64,000 nt of DNA from positions 1,302,001-1,366,000 of the forward strand of contig OZ025788.1 of assembly GCA_964019425.1 (NCBI GenBank). The letters are read 5' to 3'. The position numbers and the translations under genes were made by a program. Position 1 is the stretch's first letter. Every line of letters starts with the position of its first letter. Shown piece by piece: positions 25,801 to 40,279 of this stretch. The notes beneath the pieces were generated by a model. The model saw nothing but the letters and a program-made list of their open reading frames with translations, ran no database searches and was not told where the DNA came from. This DNA comes from Flectonema sp. DT1601. Lineage: Eukaryota.

Positions 25801-27529
25801 CTCTTTTTTTCTTCTTTTTCTGTTGTTGTTTTTTTACTGAGTGCCTTGCACTAATTTTTTATGGCGTTTTTTTTTTTTTTTTTTTTTTTTTTTTTGTTAT
25901 TCGTTTTTTTTCTTCTTTCATTCGTTTTTTTTTAACCTGCGAAAAAATTAATGAAAGAAAAAAAGAATTCAAAAAAAAAAAAAAAAAAAAAGGGAGAAAA
26001 AAAAATACTCACAAAAAGTGGTGAAGAGTCAATGATCCCTCACCCACTTAACGTTTGTCACCGACAACCGGTTGTGCCCTAGAAAAAAAAAACCAAAGAC
26101 GGCTATGATTGTGGGTCTTTTCGTCATCTCTTGGGTCGTGTGGTTTGTCGTCTCTTGCCGAGCTGTTGACATTTCTGGCAAAAATTTCTCTTTTTTTTTT
26201 TTTTTTAAAAAAAAACATAATTAGGCCACCATCTTTTTCTCAGTCTTTTCCTCTCTGCTGGAAATTTAAAAAAAATTACTCTATTTTTCTTCCGGTACAA
26301 ATCGACTTGATCAAAGCTCAAAAAGGGTACGCTAAAATAAAAAAACCCGGAAATAGTACTGAACCAAAATGTTTTTGCGGCTGGTAAGATTTGCTAAGGT
26401 GTTTCTCCTCCATTTCCTTACATCGTTGAGTAGAACACACAATAGCAAAAAAAAGTGCCTCAAATTTTGATTTTTCCAACTGATTCTTGAAAAGGCAAAG
26501 GTGTTACACAGGATCACGGTTTTAGAACAGCAATACTCAAAAGAGTCCTATCAAGCCACTCACCTTTCCTCTCATGCACTTTGTTATTGACCGAATGTTT
26601 GTGTTTTGCTTACAGCCTTTGGAGAAAAAAAAAAAAAAACAGATTAGGGAAAAAAGTGTTTTAAAAAAAAAAAAAAATCTCTTGACTAAGACGACCTTAA
26701 ACTTAGTCATAAGGAGAATATAACAAGTTTTTTTTCTTCTTGTCTCGTATTTCTGTTTGCCTCTCTTTGAACTATTTCGGGGCTCTTGAACTTTTATAAT
26801 TATTTTTTTTCTTGCTGTTATCAAATGTTGGGAGTACTATTGGTAAGTGACTTCTTTATAATGATTTCCGTAGTGCTTGCTTGTTGAATGTATATTTTTT
26901 CTTTATCTCAATTTTTTGTAGCAAATATCCTTGTATGACAAGCTTCTAAATAGAAGTGTGGCTCACTGCATCAAATATGCTTTTTGCCAACAGTCGTGTA
27001 CTACTAGTAAGGTTACCTTTGGTGTTATTTAAGTAGACTTAGGTTATCTGTGGGCTTTTGTTAGTCACTCTTATTATCATTGTTTTGCAAGCGGATTTTC
27101 ATAAAAGAACTCTTCTTACAGTTTGTATTCTTTCAGAAGATTTTCACACACTCACATTTTTTCCGTTCCCCCAACCATTTAGCTGCGTATCAGCACTTAC
27201 AATAGGGAGAATACGAACTATTTTTGCGGCTTTGGTTTTTTTTTTTTTTTTTTCACATTACTTTCCTAAATTATTATGTTTATCAGAATTAGTCCCGGTT
27301 CTTATTATTTTGTTCTTTTTTTTTTAATTGCCTGAGGTATATTTTTTTTAAAACTAAGCATTTTTATTAATTATAAAATATGCCTTATTTTGTTTATAAT
27401 TCTCTTTTCTGTATTGTGATTTTTTTAGAAACTAAGAAGAAGGAACGAAAAAGTATGTTGTGGAAAGAATTAATGGCTTTGTGGTTGTTGTTCCAATAAC
27501 AATCAAATTTGGAAACGAAAAATTAAAAA

Positions 27530-27566
<37 letters not shown>

Positions 27567-28319
27567 AGGTTATTCTCACCGATTACCGTGCGAATTGTTA
27601 CTACGTCCTTATTATACTTCAGCGGCGACTGATGTAAAAATATTTTCTTCTAGGCAGGTTTTCTTGCCTATGCAAAGTGTTCTAATAGGAGCGCTTGCTT
27701 GTTTCTCAAAGTTGGAGGTTTTGTGCGAATCTTAACAACTTCTTTCGGAACAAAAACTTGAGAACGCTTACTCTACTAAGTTATAACTTACCGACCGTAT
27801 GCGATTTTATTTCTTTTTATTTTATTTTGTTATCTCTCTATAATCTCTCCAACCCCCCCTTCCCTTTTATTTTTTTTCTTCTTTTTTCGCTATGCTTATA
27901 ACCACTTTTTTTTTTTTTTTTTTTTTAAATATTCTTTTATTTTCAAAATTACAAAAATATGCATGCGAGAGTAGTTCACGCAAACCCATCACCGTTGTTG
28001 GTTATCGAGTGAGCCTACTAAGCAATAAATACCAGTTGATAGCAGTTTACGGTTTTTGTTCGTTGATAAATAAATATTCAGCAACGTTCTGTAATTACTT
28101 TAATTAAACAACTCATTGCTCCCGAAGGGTGTTAGCCTTTGTTATATTTATATGTGCTCAAACGAAAGCCTAGAGGGAAAAAAAAAATATACATGTTTTC
28201 TCACTAGTAGTAGTATTCCTTGCTGGTTAATGGTAACAGTAACAATTTATCTGGTTACCAACACTGCAAAAATATAGTATTGAGAGTTGGCTTAGCTAAG
28301 CATATTTGCTGTGACTACA

Positions 28320-28356
<37 letters not shown>

Positions 28357-31300
28357 TAGTGCCGTGTTGGATTTAAGCTCTCCTGCTTTTCCCCCTTTTT
28401 TTTTTTTGTTTGTTTTTATTATATTATTATACTAAAACACTAATTATTTTTGTCCAAAATTATATCTTTTTATCGGTTGGTTGTACAAAAGTGCATTTTA
28501 TCTCACAAGCGGTGGTGAATTTGTTTTTTATTGAGAGTCACTATACTTTTTATTACTACGTAGTATTCTCTTCTGCCATTCTTTTCCTGAGTGTTTTTAC
28601 CCATTATACATCATCGTTTCTCATGCAAGTAGTCTATTGAATGACCCATGCTTGTTAAAAATGTGAAGATAGGAGTGAGCTCGCTCGATGTTTCGGTGTA
28701 GAGCCCCTTATCGCTGTATCACATTGGAAAGAACTTGAGAATTTATCTACGGTAGATCACCAAAAAGATTGGTTAAAAGAACGTGGGGAAAAAATATTTG
28801 TGCTCACGTGTTTCTTTTTGCTGAGTGGTGGATTACCTTACTTACGGTTCTGATCGGAAGAGTTTTTTTTGATTGAAAAAGGATTAGATGCGGTTCACCT
28901 GTATGATTTACAATCAGAAACAGACTGCGGGCGTCTTTGTGAACATCCTAGTCGCATCACTGTCTTGATGGCCCTTCTTTTTCGTTTTTTTAAAAAAAAA
29001 TAAAAAAAAATTCTCACCGTTTACTCTTATTTATGAGTCGTGCCTTTATTGTTATTACGGTACATTTTGTTTACATATTACCTTTTTATTTTATATTATT
29101 TTTTTATTGAAGTGCTAGAACCATAGAGCAGAGCTTTTTTTAAATTTTCTTTTTTATATCTGACACAACACAACGATTAATACAAATCAAAAGTTGAGAT
29201 AACGTCATTTATTATTTATTATTTGTTTTAAAGGGAAAAAAACATTGTTTTCACAACTCTCTGATAGGGGAAGAAGAGGAAGAGGGGGAGAAAAAAAAGA
29301 CAAAGGAACAGCCCAGGTTTAATCTTTGGTGCATGTAACGGTTCTGATGTTTTTTTTTGTTTTTTCTTCTTTTGTTCTGATTATCGTATTTTTGCTTCTT
29401 AAGTCTCTCAAGGAAAGGCTGTGGTTTTCGTTGTTGAGGCAAACGGGAAAAAAAAAAAAAAAAAAATTGAGAAATTTCTCCTTCTTCGTTTTGTAAAAAA
29501 AAAAAAACTTTGCGAAGTTGTTGTGAAGACCCTTTTAGAGTTCACACGATGGTGAACCAGAAAATCACCGTTGTTCTCTAAATCTTCTTTGACTTTAATT
29601 ATTTCACTTCGATACTGGAGAAGACGTACTTGCAAATGCTGGGTTATTGAAGTGTTAATTCTTGCGTCGCCAGTGAACTGCTTGATCAGTTTATCGTGAC
29701 AGTTTTCTCCTTGTACCAGTGACTTTGTTGAGGTTTTTCCTTGGAGGAATCTAAGTCCTGGTAAAAAGGGTTTGTTTTCTTTTCTTTGTTCAAGTTGCAA
29801 ACTTTTTTCATCCCCATTTCCCACTTCCTCCTCATCTTAAAATATTTTTATTTTCAAATTTCGTTTATTTTATTTTTATAGTTCAATAGTTAGTTTAGCT
29901 GGGCAAAGTGAAAAGCTGAAGTTTGTCTTTTAATTTCTTTATAAATTAAATTACGTCATTCGGTTGAAGCTAATTCAGCAGTCCATACTGAGTCTTCGGA
30001 AACGGTTACGGATTGGATCCTCTATTGCTGTGACTTAATATACAGTAACGTTTGGATGAAATAACCAACTTATTAACTATCGACTGCAAAAAACAGCGAT
30101 CGCTATGGCATATCACTGTTTCTCTAACGACTTGCGCACATATAGTTACTTGGCGCACTTCTCCTCTACCTGTTGCTTTTACGCACTGCTTTCCTCGCCT
30201 TTTGGTGTTTTTCTCTGCTTATATGGTTCTAGCGTGCACTTCGGTATTATTATTTATTTATTTATTTTATTTTTTTCCTGACATAAGATTTTATCGTCTT
30301 GGCTATGTTCTTTTTTTAAACCCAATTCGATCACTTGTGTTTCATCTGCGATAGAAGAATCACATAAGAGAAAGAAGAGAAGAAAAAAAAAAAAAAAGAA
30401 CTAACATAAACCTACGGGAGCAGCATCTAGCTCCCTTAATCGTTATTATTGTATTTTACTGATTTTTTTTGTGACAGAATTAATATCTGAGAGAAAAAAA
30501 AGAACGGAGAAAAAGAAAAAAAAAGGAATCACCGTTGCTGTTGCTGCGTTTTTTTCTTTGTTATTTTCCCTTCTCATGTAGTTTTTCCTTTATGAGTGGA
30601 ATGATTCAATATCGGAAAAAAAAGAGGTGGCTCAACGCGTCCTTAAATGTGCGCGATGCTTCCGTTTTTTCAGTTCTGGAATTTTTAATTTACCCTTATT
30701 AAGTGGGTATTCTTGTCATATGTTGACAGCTGAAACAAAAAAAATTAGGGAGTAACCCCTTTTCGTTACTGTGTATACCGGCATTTGAGAACCATGCAAC
30801 GTGTCTCAGATCTCTTTTTTATATGGCAAGATTTCTTTTTCTATACTGTTTGAGTGAGTTTTTCTCGTCTCTCAGTTTTTTTTTTTTTTATATATATTGT
30901 GTCAAAAGGCATTAAGCCGCGATGTTTAACTTCACAAATTATCACATTTTTTATTATCTTTGTTTTTTTTTTTTTTTTTTTTTTTCTTCATTGGGTGGTT
31001 GTGAGCATCACAGCAAAAAAAAAAAAAAAAAGAGAAACAAATAAAACCCAGCTTAAAACAATACCCGCAATTTTTAGTAACCAACAAAAAAAATTAAAAT
31101 TAAAATAAAATTAAGGGAAGATTCGCGGACCACACGTCCGCCTTACAAAACTACAACATTAAAAAAATCTCTATACCTATTTTTGGTACTAATCCATTGG
31201 AAAAATGTATGTTTTAGCTTTTTCCCAAAAAGAAATTTATACAAAGTTGATTCCTCTGTTTTAATTACCTTTTCTAATAACTGTGAGCTTCTCCAGAGGT

Positions 31301-34300
31301 TTGGTTTTCCTGACTTCGATAAATAAAAACATATAGCACTACCTTCAGGCACCCTCCGTATCATAAAATTACTAATATTCATTTGGTTTAACTTTGATAT
31401 CATACATAATTATGCTCAAAACTATTATCTAGCTTTTTTTTTTTCTCCTTTTTTTTTTTTTTTTTTTATTGATTGAAAAGATGTTCTTGCATTGAAGCCT
31501 TAGTGCTTTATTTACTACCACTCCCCTGATAGTGATGGGCTTGACACGGGCTTGTTTCCCCCTTTTTGTTTTGAACTAACTGAGTTAGATTAGTCGTTTC
31601 TTGGGATAATTCTTCCCAAAACGGTGTCGATTCCTTGGACTGGTTCATAATACTACTTCAGATGCTCAGAATTTCCGATAGAGAGTTCCGATGTGTGTAG
31701 TTAAAATCAGGGGGAAACAAAAGAAAAAAGGAAAAAAAAAAAAAAAAAAAAAAAGGAACAGCATTTTTTAAATGCCACTATTCAGAAATTCTTGCGAATT
31801 GTGCTTGCTAATCTTTTTAGGAAAAGTGAGAATAAATAATCGTAGGTAGTCAAAACAGATATTTAATTTTTTGTTTCGACGGAATCAAATAAATTGTCGC
31901 AAACCAAATCAAAAAAAACAAAAACAAAAACCCCACCTAATTTATAGTAGTGGAAGTATTCTGTTTAAGAATTTCTTTTTTCCCCATTTTTTTCTTCTTC
32001 TTTTTTTCTTTTTTTTTTCTATATAAATTTTGGGGTATAGACATTACAACACAATACACATAAAAATAGTTTCTTCTCTAGTTTTTTTCATTGTTTTGGG
32101 TAGTTAGAAAACACCCTGTCCTTAACAATAAAATATTGTATAAAAAAAAAAAATTTCTCAGAACCTTCTATAGTTACAAGGTTGGTTGAAACTCTTATCC
32201 CCGACACGTGGGATTAGTTTGATCTACTTGTGTCAGTTATTTATTTTATTTAATAATGTCTGCCAAATTACTCTGAGGTGCCCGTCTTGATAGACTGCTT
32301 TACCAAAGCTGAAAACCCCCGCTCTTTAAAGCAGCAAACCGTATTGAAAAAAAACAAATGAACTTCTTGATAGACAAGACTTACAAGCACTTACCCATTG
32401 CAATATTTCTTCGCAGACATTATCATTTTTAGACCCCCGTAGTGTTGTTGTGTTATTCTCTATTTGTTAATTGTTTTATTTTTTTCTCATCCACACTTCC
32501 TTTAAAAGTATATTCTCCCTTGGCGAAAATTTGGCGTTATCAGCCGTCTCTTCTATCGCCTGCCTTGTGCATGCGATGGGTCTTGGTAGCCAATTATTTC
32601 TGATTAAAATTACTTCTCTTCTCGCCTGAGAGTCACGGTTGTGGTACCAAATTACTGTCACCCCGTGGAGTTCCCAGGGGTTTTGACTTCAAAAAGAAAA
32701 AAAGATTCTCAATCCTCTTTTTTTTCTTTCTTTTTTTCCTGCATATTGTACAGTTCCTTACAGTTCCATTTTTATTGTGTTATTTTGTGAAGACCCATTC
32801 TAGGTGACTCGTTCAAGCTGGTAAGTTATTTTTTTGTGCGTACCTTCTCCCCCTTTATTTATTTTTGTTTTTTCTTAAAATTGTTATCCCTTTGTGAGTG
32901 AACAATATCTGACTTAAAAGAAGAATAAAAAGGGAGTGACCCAGCTACGTCTTTGCGTGAAGTCGTTTTCTTGGGGATTTCTCTTTTTATTGTCATTGAC
33001 TTTGTATGTTGTTATCGACGTTTTCTTTTCCCCCGTTTTTCTTTTTACATATATATCAGCTGTTGTCGAGGTAACCTTTTGTTTTTAAATATCGCATCCC
33101 ATTTTTTCAGGTTCTATTCTTATTTTTCCCGCTCCGCTTATAGTATGCAAGAATTGAGTAAATACATGTGTATAATCCATTTCGGGAGTAAATAAAGGAA
33201 AAAAAAAAAATAATAATAATAATAATTGCCTGGTGCTCCTTGTTATGCAAATCGCTCAACTAAATTTCATTAATTTCTTCTCAACTCATTCCTGCATCTT
33301 AAAAAGGGATTCATTCTTCCCGTTTTTCTTTTTATTATTCCTATACATTTTTTTGACTTTGTCAGAAAGAAGTAGAGTGGTAACTCCTGCTCACATCTTG
33401 AAGACATGTAGGTCAGCACTGCTGTTGTTCGTAGCTTTTGGTTATAATTTTCAAATTGCTAGTTTTTTTTCCATACCTGACTTCTGTAAATAAGGTGACT
33501 ATTCCCAACAAAAAAAAAAAAAAAAAAAAAAATCAAAAAATATATTAAATAATATGACTAGTATTGTTTCAGAAAAGATTTAGTTGCAGGCAGTAGCAGT
33601 CAGCTTTTTTTTCCCCTCTCATCTTGGCCTTGTTTCTCTTTCAGTTTCTCCCTGTTTTCTAAGTAGTGAGTATTGTCGTGGTAGTTTACCTAACTATCTG
33701 ATACATGAAAAACTGTTGCATCAATGATGGCAACAGGCGTCGGTTGGCGGAATAAACAGTCATCCTTCCTCCTTTTTTTTTCTCTTTTTTACCTTCTGAT
33801 GTGTGTGTGTAATATTTTTTTGTTGTAATCTCCTTCTGGTTGGAGGGAAAAAAAATAGGCAAGGAAATAAAATAATCGAAAAAAAAAAAAAAGAATAAAA
33901 CAGAAGAAAAAGAAAAGAAAGTGGGTTCAACTGTGTAGCTTGCAGGTGTTTCTTTTAGTGACTTGTTCTTAGTCCGATCTCCTTATAGTGAAGTATCAGA
34001 CAAGTGAAAGTACAGGTTTTAAAGAAAAGGGATACAAGCAATCATCAAAATCAGTGTGTCCTACATTTATTAATATTTTTTTTTTTCCTATTCCTTTGCT
34101 GGTGATCTTTCGAAGTCACTCTATTACCTTCTCTGTATAAACCCAGCTCTTTATAGAAGACAGTATAATCTCACCACAGAGATACTATTTTTGTAAGCAA
34201 CTGATCCTGACATGAGGAATAGCATCTCTTGAGAGAGTTTAATATTTGCTTTAGAAGAAAAAAAAAAAAAGAAGAGAAAAAGATATAAAAAACCTTAGGT

Positions 34301-35913
34301 GCATACAAAGCGAAATTCATCGAAAATAGCGCAATTTTTTTGCCTTTGGAAAAATAACAAAAAAAAAAAAAAAAAAAAATCTTTAATTACTAATTGGGGT
34401 TTTTCACAAAATCAAAAAAATTTTAAACTGTATTATCTAAATGACAATAAAATAAAAAATATATCAAATGACAAAAAGAACGCAACAAAAAAAAAAAAAA
34501 AAAAAAAAATTAAAAAAAAAAAAAGAAAGAGCCTTTTCTTTTTTCAAAGTCTCTTGCTATCATCATCATCATACCGTCGCCCGGAAAATAATTTTTTGTT
34601 TCCCTTTCCCTTTTCCTTTTTTTTTTTCCTTCTATGTATCTCCCGAGCCTTCCCCTTTCTATTATGATCTTAGCTGCTGTCAGAAGTCTTGAAAACTTTT
34701 TTAAAGAAGCTGACTTACCGGATGCTGTTGACCCAGCACGTCTACACATGTATGTTGACACAGTTTTTGTTCTTTCTAGCTTGAGTTTACAGGCTTGTTG
34801 TAAGTGAGGATTTTCATTTTTTCATTTGCTTTCTTTCGCTCTCTTAATTCCCATTTCATTTTGTTTGTTTTGCCTTCCCCTAAATAAATAAATAAATAAC
34901 AATCCCCATCATCAAAATGACAGATCAGATCAGATCAGAATTCTATCAAAAAAAGAAATAAAGAAAAAGTTTAAAACTAGTAGTTGGACCTATTTACTAT
35001 GTAGTGAAGGCCTTCTCAGATTTTATATCTCTTTCACACCTCTAAAATAGTGTAAGCAGCACGAGCCTGTTATGTGTTTTTTCCTGGTTTTGTCAAGTAC
35101 GTAAGTATCATTCGGTAGTCATGTTAGTGAAGGGAAGTAGTTAACTACAATAATAATTAGGTGCTTAGCATAGCTGTGAAGGAACGCGAAGTTGATCATT
35201 TTTTTTAAAAGACATAATTTAAAAAAAAAAAAAAAAAAAAACTGACAGACATGGTAACTCGTACTATTTTCTTTTTTATCTTCTCACTGTTATCGATATG
35301 TAAAAAAAAGGAGTTCACATCCTCGCAGAGGACAAATAGCCGCCTCATCGCAATTATATTTTAGCAATACACCAACTAAAGAACTCCGAACAACCAAGTA
35401 AAATCATCACACCTATTTTTGTTCCTAATCTAGCTTTGCATTTCAAAAGTAGGTATTCGTGCGTATTACTACCAAGGATATTTAATGTTTGAGCTTAGCT
35501 GTTTTTAGGCAATACCCTTTTCCTATGGAATCTCTCGTATGACGCCGTATTTTATTAATTTTTTTTCGAGTCCGAGAGTGGGTGGACCTCGCATGACCGT
35601 GTCATGTCCCCCATGGTCGCTTTTGTTGTTCATATTTTTAATAAGTTTTTTTGTTTTTTTTTTTGTTTGCGTTTCTCGCTGCAAGAAAAAAAGTAGTACA
35701 GACATGTTGGAAACATCGCACATACAATTTTTGTTTTATATTTTTTATAATCACTCTTCTTTTTTTAGAAAAAAAGAAAAACTCCACTAGCAGGCAGTGG
35801 TCCTCTTTTGCGAAGGACGTTTCACCTGATGAAGAATAAAATCAATACTGTAAAGCTCAAATCTGTTTTCTAAGCAGACCATGAATGTAGCCCTACGGGA
35901 AAAAGAAAAGAAG

Positions 35914-35947
<34 letters not shown>

Positions 35948-38468
35948 CATCAAAAAAAACATCTTCCGTCACATATCGTCCTGTAACTTAAGCTTATCGT
36001 GAATATAGAGGAAGATATCCCGGGTTTGTGATTTGAGTGGTCTGACGTTGTTAGTAATGGTTGCGTCAGCAGCGTTACGTTCATTGCAGCAAGATATAAA
36101 AAATAATTAATAAAAAAAAAAAAAGGATATTTTACATTTTGACAGACGTGAGAATAATAAAAAAGTGAATACATATTTCTTTTTACCCCTCCCCAGCATT
36201 AAAATGCAGTATCAAATTATCTCCCCCACCCCTTAAGTATGAAGCGAATACTCCAAAAAGTGAGTGATTTCGATCATCAGTGATCGTATTTTGTTTCTTA
36301 TTTTTTTCAACGGTTCAGCAAACAAGACAAAAAGTTAGTTTTTTTTTTGCAACCATTCGCTGGCGTTTTTCCTACGTCAAGAATTTTCTTTCTTCCCATA
36401 TCCCCCCGAGCTCTCACTTTCACTGGAAAAAAAAAAATTTGTTTTCTACGCCCGAAGGTCGATAGGTGCCTTCGGTAATTTCTACATTTCTATCTTGAAA
36501 CTAATAGCTGAATGCAACTCAGTTATAGATACCAAGTGTGGTGCACAGCACCCATCACTAGGTGCTAAGATCATAGTCAATGCTATTCTTTCTCTTTTAT
36601 TCCCACTTCAGAAAAACAGAACAATTCATTTTTTTTCAACAATTATATACTATTAAGTTTAATAAAGTTAAGTTTTATTTTTTCATTATAATTTTTTTTT
36701 TTTATTTTATTTTTTTTTTTTTTTATATCATTCAGCGAAGAGAATCCTTGTCTTGGAAAGTTCAGAATTTTTTTAAAAATGAATCTTTATACTCGGAACT
36801 TTGGGGGAAAAAAAAAAAAAAAGATGTTTCCAAAACTGTTTTTTCTTTATATTCATTCATTGCTTCCGTCTTGAACCCAGCACTTGTATTTTAAGCTATA
36901 TTTCTCTGTCAACCTCACTCCTTTGTACAACAAGGTATCCCCTGAGCTTCACCATCGCACAGGTTTTCTGCTGATTTTTCTATTACTTTGCTAGGTGTAT
37001 CCTTTCTAAGCACCAAAAAAAAAAAAAGAAAATTGTTTATGCTGTCAGCATTGGAGGGAAAGGTCTGACGGCTTCCTTTTCGCGGTGAATGGCCATTTGG
37101 GCAAGGTAAAATATACTGTTATTTCCTTATTATTTTAAGCTTAGCACAATAAAGATGATGTAAGTTTGGAACATTTTTAATATTGAAAAAAGAAAAAGAA
37201 AAGTTATTCCATTTCATTCTTTTTTTTTTTTTTTTTTTTTTATTGGTAAGCTTCTCATACGAAATATCTATTACCTGGGCCTCGCAAAAAAAGAATTATC
37301 AATAAACTCAACGATTGACAAGGAAAAAAAAGAAGAGGAAGGCGTGCGTCGCACTCATGTTCTCTTTCCCTTATCCCGTTTGTATTTCTTTATTTGTTGT
37401 TGTTGTTGTTCTGTTTCTTTTTTTCTCCCTTGATGCAGTATCAAATTGCTCCCCTGAATATTTTTTTATGTTCTTTTTTTTTCGGCTGATGCCGTTTCCT
37501 GCTTCGGCAGACAGCAGATACCTGTAATTGTGTGGTGTTTGTGTGGTTGACGATACTTTGTAATCCTGTCGAGTTTGTTTAACTTGAGAAAATCCAATGG
37601 ACAACTAGTTTTTTTTTTTTTTTTTGATTTAGTTTCTTTTTTTTTTTTGGAGCAGCAAAATCCGTAAAATTGGGCAGCATGCTCAAAAAAAAAAAAAAAA
37701 AAATTACGTAGTTGCAGTTAATTTCCCTTTAATGGTCCGAAATTAAACTACATGGAGGCCTTTTAATGTATTTTTTTTCCTCTTTTTTTGCCTTTCTTTT
37801 TTCTTACCTTACTGGCCAGTACCATCACATTAATTATACAAATAAGTTATAAGCACTATGTAAAAACTGTTTTTTTCTCTCTTTTTTTTCATTTTCGGAA
37901 GGAGAAAAAATTAACAGTTTTTTTACTCGTGTCCTACGGGTGTCGCAGATGTTACAAGGTTGTTAGTTATTAATTAATTTTTTATATTTTTTTTATGGTT
38001 TGTACCCGTCTGTTTTACGTCATTTAAAAAAAAAAAAAAAAAAAAAAAAATCTAAACATCTGGTGCGAAAGGTTTACTTGGTTGTAATGAGCAAAATTAA
38101 TAAATTAAAAAAAATAAAAAATTACAAATTAAAAACAACCTTTTATTGCCTGGCTGCATACGGATCAGAGCTTGAGAGTCATTTTCGTTTTGATTCTCCT
38201 CTGAGGCTTTCCCAACTTTAGTGCTGTGGCATTTTATTTATTTGTTTATTCTGTGTACCTTTTTTGTGTAGACTTTCAAGAAAAAATTACTTATCAGATA
38301 TTGCTTTCAGCTTTATGTTGTTAAAACAATAAGACTAAATTAACACAACACAAATGGGTAGTAGTTATGACATCAGGTACTGTTCAGAAATCGGTTTTGA
38401 TTATTATTTTGCTTTCCTTTTTTTTTTTTTTTTTTTTTTTTAATTTTTTTGTTCCCCTTATACACTGC

Positions 38469-38502
<34 letters not shown>

Positions 38503-40248
38503 CACCACGCACAAACCCCCCTACCCACCAGACATCCATGCTTATAACATTATGAAATTGAGCTGTACTGTCAGTATAAGGGTTATAGACTTATCCAGTA
38601 AAAGTTGATTTTTACTCGCTGTATCTACTCTTGTACAAACCAGCAGCACTACTTTCATGTTGTAAGTTGAGATGATTTACTAAATTCAAAAGTCACACTA
38701 TTTTTTTAAATTTTTTTTTTTTGTCGGCATTGGAGTGCAAATCAACTGTATTGATTCGTCTACAATCATTTATCTTAGAGAGCTCGTGCCTGTTCACGCT
38801 TTTTATCTTGCACCCCTTATACAACGTAGGACTATTATCCTTTTTAAATAAAAAAGGGAAAAAAAAGAAAAAAAAAAAACAGATCTCTTTCGCCCTTTCA
38901 CTTTTTTCTTTTACTACACATGCGCTAGCCGCGCATGCAACTCATATATTGCACTACTGACGGCATTCTTGTGCTGTTGTTTTTTTCTATTGTCAAGCTA
39001 TAAATTAAAACTACTGGATTGTCAATGAAAAAAACGCTTTTTTATTTTCCCCCCCTCCTCCTCCTCCTTTTTTATTTTGTTCCTCCCCTTTCTCCTCCTG
39101 CTAAGAAAAACAAAAAAACAAAAAAAGGGGAATATTAAGACCCACCATTATACATCGTTGCTTGATTTAGTAACTTTACTTAGCATTTTTTTTCTTTCTT
39201 TCTTTTTATTATATTTTTCTCAAGAGGTTTGATTTCCCTGACTTCGATAAATAAAACAAAAAGTGATGCCTACTTGCACAGTTGATTTATTCCACTTGCG
39301 AACAGCAGTTCCAGGTTATTCTATGTGTCTTATAGTCTGTGAGAGTCTCACTGTTACTGGTAGCGATATAACTGTTACCCCTGTGAGCTTTTCCTGGCTT
39401 TTGGCTCCTAGGCTTCGAAAATAAATTTAAAAAAATATATTAAAGACAACATAGTGCTGTCTGAGGGAAAGTAGTGCGTAGTTTGATGGGATGCTGAAAC
39501 TTTTAAATTAAGAACGAGCTATAGGAATCAGCCTATCAAGTCTGTTCTTTACATTTTTTGTTGTATAAAATGTAACAACTCTATACCGAACGACAGATGC
39601 CATTCGTGGCCTTTTACAATTTCCCCCTCCGTTAATCAATATTATTTGTTCCTTTTACTAAACTGAAACTACCGTGACGTTGAGTTATGTCGCTACTTCG
39701 ACTTTATGTTGAGTCTGTGCTGTGATCATTCCATAGAATATGTACGCATACGAATGGACGATGAGACACTTTCACTTCTCTGTATTGTCAAGAAGGTTCG
39801 GAAGGCCATGCAAGAGGGCTTCCGTATTCAGATCGATTCCTGCTCTGCTCATTTTCTTTTTTGTCAAGAAGTTGTATAATTGTTAACGCCGGGAACCACC
39901 ACACCACCAAAAAAAAAAAAAAAAAAGGCTGAAAAAAAAAAAAAGTATCTTAAACCTCATCGTGTATGGGGATTTTCCCACCTTTCCTCCCTTTTTCTTT
40001 TCTTTCCCTTTTTTATTATTACTCTCAGCCATGTTGCTGGTGAATGGCTATGAAACAAGCAAGACGATGTTATAATAATTCTCGACAACGATTTAGTACC
40101 AATCGAGAAAAGCGAGCGCTTGGCAGAACTCAACTTCCATTGCACGACTACGTAAATGTGAAGACTCTATTGCGTCTGTGCCTTTTCTAGAATTGCTTGT
40201 TGTTCTCTTACCCTTTTCAAAAAGTCAACTGTACTTTGCTACAGTTCT

Positions 40249-40279
<31 letters not shown>

